A DNA stretch of 64,000 nt from contig JBNZDD010013718.1 in NCBI GenBank assembly GCA_050575255.1, positions 4,423,644 through 4,487,643 of the forward strand, given 5' to 3'. The notes under the pieces were generated by a model that made no database searches, was not told where the DNA came from, and saw only the letters and a list, made by a program, of their open reading frames with translations. Origin of the DNA: Harriotta raleighana (Eukaryota). Positions 38,801 through 49,755 of this stretch are shown here, piece after piece (positions within the stretch are counted from its first letter, which is position 1; each line of letters begins with the position of its first letter). A program made the translations under genes and the position numbers.

Positions 38801-38948
38801 TAGAGGTTGGCAGTTAAGAAAATAGCCTTGAATGTAAAGATTATACAGAAAGATTATGCAGTACAGAAATGGACCNTAGAGGTTGGCAGTTAAGAAAATA
38901 GCCTTGAATGTAAAGATTATACAGAATGATGCAGTACAGAAATGGACT
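38801..38948. repeat. about 75-bp duplication split by a single N (probable assembly artefact)
   Basis: 38801-38875 is repeated from 38877, with N at 38876. The copies differ by a small indel. Confidence 0.9.
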
Positions 38949-40634
38949 ATCCGACCCAACTAGTCCATGCCGGATAAGAATACAATTTGATATTATACTT
39001 GTCATGTCAGAGTGATTTATTCTAAACTATAGAGACTATATATTTTGCAATCGAATGCAGCTGCGATTTTTGTGTGCACATCAATGTCCCACAAACAGTC
39101 ATAAAGTGAATCACTATTGGCGATTTCAGATTCCTTTTCCTCTCCAACCAAATGAAGGGAAATGTTCGACTTCCACTCCACTTCCCAGCGTGCAGGGAAG
39201 GCAAGAAAAACATGATACGCCCCACATATCTTCATGAGATAGTGCTACACATTGGTAACATACCTTGCCATGCCATGAATAATTTATTTGAAGTCTTTTC
39301 AAACTGCCATGAATTTCGATTTAACTAAATTGCCCCCAATATCGATTTCTCCCTAAACATTATTTACCACTAAACTAATTCTCTTCATCTTACACACATT
39401 CTGTACGATTTTTGTGTAGAACAATCATTTTCAATTGCATCCAATAAAATGATTATAATAAATCTTAAACTTTGCATTTCATGGCAAGAGGACGTCTCAA
39501 AGCATTCCACCCGGATTTACTGTAAAGTGTAGTGACTGCATATTTGTGGCAAATATTGAACAATTAAAGACTTAACTGCTGAGTTAACACGCAAACATAT
39601 CTGCTATGTTTTTTAGGAAACTATTCTGAGTTTGTTCAGGATACATTTTCATAGAAATGTAGAGCAGATGCTTAAGAGATCACAGAAAAAAATAAAAATA
39701 AAATGAATATTGCAGTAACTCGATATCAAACCACACATGCTCTTTATAGGACTAAAGTGAAATCTCTTTTTCAGCCTTCAAACTGAACCTCTTTCTTACC
39801 TGGTTTAACTTCCTGATCAAATCCAAATTTGAGAAGTGTAATTTCCTGTAAAAAAAATAGCGAGCCATCTGGGCACTGAAATTATGCAGATTTCAAATAA
39901 ATTGAAAAATAGAATTCCAGAACTTTGTACTTTACAGATGCAGATTAGCAACTAAGGCTCTCATATGTTTTTCACAATGCGGCACATTTGTCTTGCATCA
40001 TATAATTTTATATATGATAAAGTTGAAAAATTACCTGGTTTCTTCTCAGTAAAATGATTAAAACTACACTCACTTAAGTCCTATATTGAGCATACATTCT
40101 ACTGTCTACTGTATCAGTACCAAGTCTACGCAGTTCAGACCAGAGGTCAAACATAGCTGGTCAATAACAGAGTACCGAAAGAAGGCCACCTGGATGCCAT
40201 CAGTCTTTCACAGTGTAAACAGCACTGACATATACTCTGGCAAGCCAGCCAGTTCAGGTTAAAGGTCAGGACACTAGGACTGGCCTGACAGCCCACGATG
40301 TGGAGATGGTTCTGGAGTCTTTCATGAGAGGTGACACTCCATCTTCAGGAAGAATGAAGATGAAGTAAAGTATGCAAATGCATTTTTTTTAAAATCCAGG
40401 ACTGATTAGAAATCATAGTGTTAAACATATCAGTTTGCAAATTTTGTAAACTCACATGCATTTCAAAACTGCAACATACAATAGTAACTTATTTTAAAAG
40501 TAAATATTTACATCTGACTATGGAAGTAAGGATTAGAGATTTGTAACAAATGGTTATTTATTTGTCCCTGAATTTACCATGTTAGGGTTAGAGTTAAGGA
40601 CATTAGCTTCAAAGACAGGATCCAGTTGCAAGAC

Positions 40635-40733
40635 ACGTGTCGCCAACATATGTAGTCAATTCACTTTACAGTACATTCTGTGAAGTGCTTTGAGACGTGA
40701 AAAGTACTATATCAAATGCAAGGATTATTATAA
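40635..40733 (+). mobile_element. SINE 3' tail fragment
   Basis: AGTCAATTCACTTTACAGTACATTCTGTGAAGTGCTTTGAGACGTGAAAAGTACTATATCAAATGCAAGGATTATT. Confidence 0.8.
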
Positions 40734-41779
40734 TGCCTTACAGAAATTTTAAAGATTTATTATCAATATAAAATACTCTTGGGTCATTTCTGTGCTTACA
40801 TGTATTTTTCATTGGAACCTATGCTGTTCCAGGATGGCCATTGATTGCCCAGTTCAATACTGCTTAACTTTTCAGAATCCATCGGTAAAGGAATAGATAC
40901 ACGCCCTACTCACTCTCTGCATTGGATTACTCCCAACTCATTCATATGTGCATCTGTGGTCCTCTGTGGAATTACAGTACCTATGCCCTCCTCAGGAAAG
41001 TCAATCAACTAAATGGTGAAACAAAGTTGTTTTCACTTATGTTGTGTACAAAGCCAAACTGGTAATATTTACACAATGTCTTTTTCCTGCTTCTTTTTCT
41101 TTCTTCTGTCAAGAGTTAACTGAGGAAGAAATATAAGTTTGCCAACTACTGTAGACAGGCAACTAATCTGTAGAAAAATCATAACCTATGTACATATCAC
41201 TATAGATTATGGTTTACAAGTTGCAATATTGCCAGAAATCCAACAAACCAATTTACATCTCATTAGTACCATAGCTGTGTTATTCAATTTTCACAGATTT
41301 GGTCACATTTGCAATGTATTAAAATTTTTCCTTTCACCCACACGACTAAGAAAATTGCACACCAAACAAATGTTCCTTTAGCAACCAGACAGTGTGACGA
41401 ACAAACAGGAGTTCAAACCAACTCACAAATGGTCCCCAGGTTCATGCCACAACAATAATCATTATTTTTTGTGACATTACATCATTACACTCAGTAGCCT
41501 TTTTTATTTCACAGTTTTATTCATATTATGTGATTCTTAGCATAACACGATATCAAACATAGAAATATGTTAGTATCCCATTGATATGCAATTTTTATTA
41601 ACCACCCCCCCATCCCAGCAGCAACTCATACTGAGGTATAATTCCATAGAGGACAAATCCTCGCAAAAACATCACCTAAGCTGTCATTATGCAGGCATGA
41701 GACAATGATTAGTTAATTGACAGTTAATTAGTTAATTGATTCGTTAATCATCACTAGAAGCCTGCAAAAGGCATATACA

Positions 41780-42407
41780 TAGTTAACCCTCGTCGAAGGC
41801 GACTTTATCGATTGCAAATGCAAGTATATGCGATGAAACAAAAGCATCACTTTTTTGTGCAGCGAGCGTAAAACTTGTATATCCGCACCAGCTGGCACCC
41901 GCGGGCATGCCGATAGCTCCCGACTAAATCCGATGATTCCTCGGCTGGCTGGCGCACGCGCATGCTTATTTTTGACGAGGCCAGTAGATCCCAACTAAAG
42001 CCGAAGATTCCTCAGCTGGCTGGCCCCACGAGGAATGCATTCTGGGTAAATAGAATAACGCTTCGGCCTCGGAGAATCTTATTGCGTTGCATGGTAAACA
42101 GAAGAGACAGAGAGACAGGATCGAACGGTAATGTAGGCTAATCTACCCTGTTTTATTGCTTTTTTTTATTGCTTTACTACTTTGTTATCACTTTATTATA
42201 GCAATAAAGCGATAACAAAGCCGCTGTAACAATAAAGCGATAACAAAGCCAATTTCTGTGTCTCCCATCCCAAGCACTCTGCCGCCCGAGTGGCTCGCTG
42301 CCCCCCACCTCCCCTTTTCCCATTACTTCTTAAGCTTCTCCAATGCGATTTCGTTGAGTGCACAGTTTTCCAGTAACGTAACGCCCGCGATCGACGAGGG
42401 TTAACTG
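41780..42407. mobile_element. Tc1/mariner-pogo-type MITE, short form (628 bp), inverted relative to 20535-21634
   Basis: 17-bp TIRs (T)AGTTAACCCTCGTCGA ... TCGACGAGGGTTAACTG|TA. Body is a diverged reverse complement of about 21110-21634 plus 20535-20630. Confidence 0.88.
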
Positions 42408-42844
42408 TACGTACTTTCCAACAGGCGTCAGCAAGTAGCAATCAGGAATGGGAACCTTGGATGATTTTCTCAGTCCATAGTATATGGAGTATGAAAATTA
42501 AAGCTGGCATATTTGCTTTGGCCTGGCTGAGTTCTACTCATTTGTCATAGTCAATGATCCCAACATATAATTCTCTAGTCTACGTATCTGTATATACCAG
42601 GAAGCACTTGAACACACTAAATCTACAATTTTGAATGAGTTACATCCCAAACCAGGCATAGGTTTGCTTACTATCAAATGTCTATCTTTTACATCAATCT
42701 TAAAAGGTATTCTCATCTTCTGCAAAAGCCAAGCCTTTCTATGGCTTTGATAGTAATTCTGCTGAAAGCAAATAAAACTCAACATAGCAGGTTCTAAGCA
42801 GGTTATTTTAAATCGCCCAATAGGTAAAGGAAATATCTGCAGCA

Positions 42845-43185
42845 CCCAATGGGCGATATAGATTGCGTTCCAGTTACAGCTGCTGCTCTGTACTGAGTTT
42901 GTTGATCTCATGGGGGAGGTCAATTAAGGGGAAATGATATGAAAAAAAACAGCTTGGGTTTTGACTTCTGACAGTGACCTATTGGATCAAGCTGGAATGT
43001 GAGCATGCATGGACGTTCAATGAGAAGAGGATTGGACTCAGATGTAAGGCTTTCCACAGCTCAATAGAGTTTTAATAATCAGGCTCACAGCAGAACAGTT
43101 GAAGTTCTCTGGAGCTTTTGGCACCTATGAAGTCATACCCCAATATGATATAGTCAGCGTTGGAGAAGAGGAGAGAAAGACGAGA
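42845..43185 (+). mobile_element. probable old SINE-like repeat, family not identified
   Basis: Motifs CTGTACTGAGTTTGTTGATCTCA, AGGATTGGACTCAGATGT, AGGCTCACA and GGCACCTATGAAGTCATACCCCA plus a purine-rich end resemble a repeat recalled from shark genomes. No clear second copy verified. Confidence 0.35.
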
Positions 43186-45029
43186 CAGTGGAGGAAAATC
43201 TTCATTGGGATTCAAAACCATCATTGCAGAAGGGTTAGATGGGTTTCTTAAACATCATTATACCCACATGCTCAACAATTTGCTTTTTACAATATTAAAA
43301 GAAAAATGTCATTGGCAGAAATAATTCAATCATCAAGTACTAAAGAATTCCACAATTTTGCTGCAAAAACTTGGCACTTTTGGCACCAGGAATCCAGCTG
43401 GTCTGTTACATTCTGAATGACTGCAAAAGAAAATTGATGCGTTTTCATTTCAGTACATCAAAATAAATATACTGTAGTTATGTCCGACCTACTCTGTAAA
43501 TCTTGTGTCATTTCTCAGGAATGTGACCAGTCCTATGTGACAATAATTAGGCGGTATGATTTGAGAGCAGTCCTGCCAACGAAACACAAGAAGAGAATAA
43601 AGCCTGTTTCAGTGTCTCTCCGTGTTGGTCACAACTCTTTACAAAGATGCTGCATGTTTCACCTCAGGGAAAAACTAGCTCACCAATATCACCTTTCAGT
43701 CACCTGCTGTCATCTTAAAAGGAATGCTAAAGCATCCAGTTATATATTATTGAAGGAAGGCTGCCTGCAAGCATTTTCTCCACACTTTCAAACATAATAC
43801 CCTGAAATTGCTCATCAGACGGTAGAAGATTGAGGCATTGATTCAGGCAATTTTGCAAACCCCAAATTACCTTAGCCAATGAGTGCCCCAGACTACGGGA
43901 CTATCTAGGGATGGGCTAAATTGAGGTTAGGCATTTCCCCAAAGGGAGTGAGGAGAAATTGGATGCCAGGTCAAGTTAAATTACTGTAAGTGTACGTCAT
44001 AAGCGGCCTACACAAAGAGATGTGAGACAAGAATTTGCCCCGACTTGGACAGAGGTTTACATCACGGTAATTTTTAATTGTAAAGAAAAGAACAGAAAGT
44101 TTACACAAGTTTGTTACGTGGGGAGTGGGAGGGCTGGGGGTATGTATTTCACTGAATGTCAGCCCATTTGCAATCTTTACAGTGTGATTTACAACCAAGT
44201 AAGATTTTTTGTATCTGATCAACTCCTTCCGATACATTCAGACTAAACCCGTTTCTGTAAATAAGTACTGAAACTGTTTCATAAGGATATATGGTGGAAC
44301 ATTCCAAAGCCCTGGTATAAAAAAACAAAGACATTATTAGATATAATATGTAATCTTTTTTTCATGTTCAGTACCAGTGAGCGATAACTTCTGTAAGTTC
44401 CAAAGTCCAGTACTATCCACTGAACACGACTGTGATAGATGATTCCTAGCCCCACTCAGTTTTATACATAGGAAACAGAAATGCCACAGGAGGCTTGTTT
44501 CCTTAAAGACTAAACAGCTTGAGATATTCTCTGCACATTAATGGGCCATCTTGCACTGTTCACAGGGGGAAGAAAATGAATTTAAAACAAACTAAAATCT
44601 TGGTCTCCCGTGTATTGGAGACCAAATACATCTGGTACTTTCACATCTGGTGACAAAATGTTACATTCTTTAAAGTTAAAGGTTCGCTGTACGGTAAGTG
44701 GAACCATCCATTTTGAAAGAGTTACATTTTAAAGGGTGGAGAAAGAATGATAAAAATCAATTAGTTTGGGCATAAAACACTTGAATATTCTGCATTTTCT
44801 CAAGACAGCACTTTATTTTTCCTTTGGTCACAGAACTTTGCTCGCTTATCTAGGTCACTGGGTTTTGAACTTTTTTTGTTGTTATGAATTCTGAGCGTAT
44901 TACATTACTGCAGACTCAGTTAATGCACTGCCTGCCTTTTATGATCTAAACAGTCAAGGTAGGAGTGGTGTAAGGTACCTCAAGTGTGTTTATCCAAGGT
45001 TGTATACTGAAATTACTTAATGAATGTTG

Positions 45030-45200
45030 ATAAGATGTGAAAAGTGCTATATCAAATGTAAGGATTATTATTATTATTATTATTGAATAGAGCACAATTG
45101 CAATTACATGATGAGTGAAATATTGACAATAATCCTTGAAATTGATATAGTTTTTTATCAGGCCTCAAAGCATTTCACAGAATTTACTGTAATGTGCATC
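45030..45200. mobile_element. two SINE tail fragments in tail-to-tail inverted orientation
   Basis: GATGTGAAAAGTGCTATATCAAATGTAAGG(ATT)n on +, then AATAATCCTTGAAATTGATATAG...CTCAAAGCATTTCACAGAATTTACTGTAA on -. Confidence 0.7.
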
Positions 45201-47369
45201 GATACAAAATCTTAAAAGGGAAATGAACAAAATTTCTCATTGAACAATGTTGTTTCAATACACTGCTTAAACGTCAAGTGTAGTGACTTGGATGACCACT
45301 TTGAATCAAAGTAGTAAAGAAGAGGAAATAAACTGTATATAAATAATAACAAAGGAATTGGTGTAAATGAGCAAGTCAGAGCAATAAGGAAAGGGCAAGG
45401 AACAAATATGGTAAGTAAATGAAAAGAGCAACCAAATGCACTTGATACAATTGCGTCACAAAATAGCATAGCCTATTCTTAAAATGAATGACAGACTACT
45501 TTTATTTCCCCACAATTATTACTTACCGTACGCCCCTTTTTCTAAGCACTAAGGGAAAAAGATAGAATTTGGGTTATGCATTAGATACAAAGCAGTTACT
45601 TGAAACAAACACTTAAAGAGTCTAGTAAAATACCGAATACATCACTTATAAGCCCTTAACACATGACAGCAATAATTTTGCACTAATAATCCAAAATTAT
45701 TACATGCTCATAAGATGATGTGAGCAGTGGATGAAGTTTATTTTGTGTGATTGATGATTAATTATGGCAACCCACTTTCATGTTCTCTGATGTTGCTCTG
45801 TAAGCCCCCTGGACAAACCTGTCACAAGGTTTGTCAGGCCTCCGTTCTTACATCAAAGAGCTGGAGCAAGCTCTGTGTGCTGGGAGCCCGGCTCAGCCTT
45901 CTGCCAAACCAGGTGGATTGTCTGTGAGCTATGGGCTTTTCAGCTGCCAAATGACAGCTCCCATCAACAGCTTCCTAATGAAGGGGGCGAAAAGAAGGGA
46001 CTTCAGGAATACTGCAGTGCTAAGCTCTCCATTCGCTACTACTGAAGGGAATGCCTTTTCCAATCATAAATTTATAAGCGTAGAATGTTTATGGGTTATA
46101 TTTTAACAAATTTTGGAATCAATGAATTTGAAATCTGGGCACTGCACAATATTTTTTTGCATGGTAATTAACACATGTGCTACCAAATATTGCTATGTTT
46201 ATGGGAACCCCCTAGCACATTCCACCAAAGTTACTTCTCCTGAGGTTGGACACATTTCTCACTAGTGTGAAGTTTAGGTAGTTTACTGACACAAACAATC
46301 CTGCCAAGTTTTGTTTTAAAAATGGTACATTTCCCCTGTTAATATTAAGCGTTACAAAATAATGTGGGCTAGAAGGTGGGAAAATGGATTCCAGTGCTCA
46401 AGGGGATGAAAGTCTGCATAGTATTTAATGTACTATTCAGAATTTTCAGCTGGTCTTCATCTAAAAGCCTCTAGTTGGGGAAGCAGAGAAGTTTTCTTTT
46501 ACAGTAGAATGCAGAAACTTGTTGACATTTAACGTCTTAAGCTTTAAGACAAGTTGATTTTTCAATCAACAAAATATGTGATTCTACTTAACACAAGCAC
46601 ATTCACCCAAACACGACAAAAGATAACTATTCTCAGCAATGAGCAAAGGTTAACATAGAAACTTTTCTTGGTTAGTGGTTACCTACGTTTTTCCAGACAG
46701 AGAGTCCATGGATTAAAGATGACTGCGTTTAGTATTAAAATGAATTATTAATACTATTCGGTTTCATTGCAGTGAACAATCCGGTATTACTCCATTCCCA
46801 AAGTAAAGACCAGTCATGGATTACAGCACTAAACCATCTCTCCACATCATCGACTTTCCAGGCGAAATATGCAATTTCATTTTGATTTTGAAGCATACAT
46901 AATTGCATTTATCTCGATTCTTAGGAGATGTTATGTTCAGGTTTAAAAGAAAGCTACATCGCCTTCTACAGTTACCACTAGTGCTCAGGCAGCATCAGTT
47001 TCAGAATGATTGCATCATGGATCGTTATTAACCACACATTATTCTCTGCATTTATCCTAATTTACCAATTCACACGCCCATTCACATTCTGCGCATTATC
47101 AAACCAAAACTCGAAAGGCAGCTTTCTGATCGAGACTCTGAACAAAGATAAACAATTCATCAGCTCAATAAAGCATTTCATAAGTAGCAATTGGGTTACA
47201 TTAATCCGAATGCCAAATTTAAGTTTCAAGATAGAAAATGGTAAATGATTCTCTGCACAATAATGCCTTAAACAGATATTGTTTTATGCAGAATTGCATT
47301 TCCAATGTATATAAGGATGACAATAATATTGTTTTACGCAGAATTGCATTTCCAATGTATATAAGGATG

Positions 47370-47485
47370 ATAATAATAATCCTTGATTTTGGTATAGCGA
47401 CTTATCATGTCTTCAAGACATCTCAAAGCGCACCACAGAATACACTGTAAAGTGAATTGACTGTACATTTTGTGGGTGAAATAGA
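47370..47485 (-). mobile_element. SINE 3' tail fragment
   Basis: AATAATAATCCTTG...GACATCTCAAAGCGCACCACAGAATACACTGTAAAGTGAATTGACTG. Confidence 0.75.
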
Positions 47486-48459
47486 CAAGATGTATTCTTC
47501 TGACATTCCTAGGAAATACAACAAATCTGAAATGTTTAAATGAAATCATCCTCCCCTGCATGACCTACAGCTGTTCAAAATCACTCACTAAACAATGATG
47601 GAAGCAGTTAATGCATTTCAGTGGCAATGCAAGCTCTCTGCGGTCATCCCACACATGAGGAAAACCTATTTGTCTGGTCTTTTGGAAAACAAAATACTTC
47701 TAACTGGAAATAATCAAAACATTTCAATGGCAATTTTATGCTTATGTTGCTCAATACTTTCAGCAGTCACAAATATTCGGAGTTCAAATCCTAGCATTTG
47801 CCTGGCAATCCCATTGTAGTTCCAGTGGGAGAAATTGTGTGTCTGGTTGTTAAATCGAGTGCTGTGCAGCATCAGGAAACCACTCCTCTGGAATTGGAGA
47901 TGATAAAAGAAAAATTTGTGGGATTAACTGAACCTTTGGTTTGCTGATTATGGAGGACCGCTTGCAGAGTAAAACACTTCACACTGGAAATGTACTAGTA
48001 AAAGAAAAAAATCTGGCTATATATTTTTTATATCCCCAAATTATTATTAATTGCAATATTAATTACTACTTTTATTTCAATGGCACCCTTCCATATTACT
48101 CCATACTAAAAACTACAAACAGTCATATGCTAACTATCATGCTTACACCATGATAACAATTTCATTTTGATTTCATGCCTTGTACAGGTTCCTAAAAAAA
48201 AGTTGCAAGCTGCTAGATGTGCACACCCAAATCCTGGGCCTCATCTAGCCTGGTACTCAGTTGACAGATCCTAGTCAGAGTTGTGGGGGTTTAATTGAAA
48301 CTATTCCACTCAAGAAACGGATGTGTCAAAATTACCCACTAGTCACAGTCAGCCAACCCGTCTGATGTTGACAACAATTACGATGTACGATAATAAGAGC
48401 AACAATCTTGGAACATCTGTTTCAGGCTAATAATAATAATAATTACTTGCATTTGATAT

Positions 48460-48760
48460 AATAATAAATATTATAATTCTTGCATTTGATATAACGCTTT
48501 TCACATTATCTAGATGTCTCAAAGTGCTTCACAAAATATACTGTAAAGTTAATTGACTATGTATGTGGGCAAAACGCTGCAGCCAATTACACACAGCAGT
48601 GTCCCACAAACAGTTGTGGATTGAAATTTATTATTTATTTTTGGGAGGGATTTTTATTAGGCGTGTGGAGTAAGGAAACTTGCCTAAGGTTTCGTCCTGT
48701 CTGGAATAGAACCCAGTTCTCTCATTTGTAAGGCATGTGCTCTAACCACTGAACTACATG
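48460..48760 (-). mobile_element. full-length tRNA-derived SINE inserted in an older tail fragment
   Basis: Tail CTTGCATTTGATATAACGCTTTTCACA through GTGGAGTAAGGAAACTTGCCTAAGGTTTCG to head GTGCTCTAACCACTGAACTACA. Host tail halves at 48428-48459 and 48761-48840. Confidence 0.85.
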
Positions 48761-49416
48761 ATGTGCCTTATCATGTCTTTGAGATGTTTCAAAGCGCTTT
48801 ATAAAATATACTGTGGAGCGAATTAACTATATATTTGCAAATTTCAGCGTTTCATTTTGCTATGGATTTGCTCTGGGTCTTCCCTGAGTAATTGTGTGGT
48901 CCACTGATCTACTTAAACAATGCTCTAACCAATGAGATGTGATGATAGTTTTGTCATTCTGGCTCTGCAAAACTCATGTTAGAACCCCAATGAGACATGG
49001 GACACAAATTACAGGGGAGATGTTACTAATTTTTGATCCATTCCAGTGTGTGTGGACTTTGGAAGAGGTCCATTTTTAGCCTGGATACAGTTCTTTAGAG
49101 TCATATTTATAAGAATAATAATCAACCCAGGCAAATTCCGCTAACAGGATAACTTTACAACATAAGAAATTGGAAGTCCATGATATGCAGCAAAATATTT
49201 TTCTACAAACCATTAGTGACCTGTGAGATCGAAGACAAATAGGGTGATTTGCTTTTTTCGAACAGCATGTTTGATCCCTTCCATCGTTAAAGAGGAAGTC
49301 TTAGTGGTTACTTTTAACAAATGTACACACGTACACGAAGAGATGACTGCAGTGTGTAGAGCTCAAATTGAATAATGGTTTGCGAGATTGAGACCAGCAA
49401 ATTTAACAATAGATCA

Positions 49417-49755
49417 GTGAATGTATTCCAGTGACAATTTATGATCCTAGGCACAGGAAACACCTCTTTGTTCGACAGAGAACAGCGCCCCTTTTCAGGA
49501 TGACATTTCTATTTCCCACGAGAGCTGGAGAGTTATAGCTTCTGTGAGTGAGGTGGAGGTCAATTGTAAACCAATTTGCTAATCATTGGCAGTGTTTTCT
49601 GCTATAAAATTATGTCCACTAGGAATTAAAAATTTAAGTTCACTTAGGACTTCCAACAGCCAGATAGACTTTCATATCATCAATCTTGGCTGGATTTGAT
49701 CCTTGATCACAGAGGTGAAAACAGATAATATTTTAATCTATTGCACAGTCATCTC
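49417..49755 (-). mobile_element. probable LF-SINE-related relic
   Basis: Minus strand has collinear blocks TTTCACCTCT, AATCCAGCCAAG, GAAAGT, GGCTGTTGGAAGTCCTAAGTGAA, TTCCTAGTGGACA, GCTGTTCTCTGTCGAACAAAGAGG and terminal ATTCAC, matching the LF-SINE consensus as I recall it. Confidence 0.6.

Noticed and set aside
41705-41752. Cluster of TAATTG/TAATTA homeodomain-like motifs
   Set aside because: Better explained as short AT-rich slippage repeats (AGTTAATT) beside a MITE.
44835-44870. TCTAGGTCACTGG resembling an LF-SINE head
   Set aside because: Single short match with no collinear downstream blocks.
45527-45548. Possible 22-nt minus-strand micro-exon (CCCTTAG|...|GTAAGT)
   Set aside because: Such site pairs are expected by chance in 64 kb, and there is no coding or transcript support.
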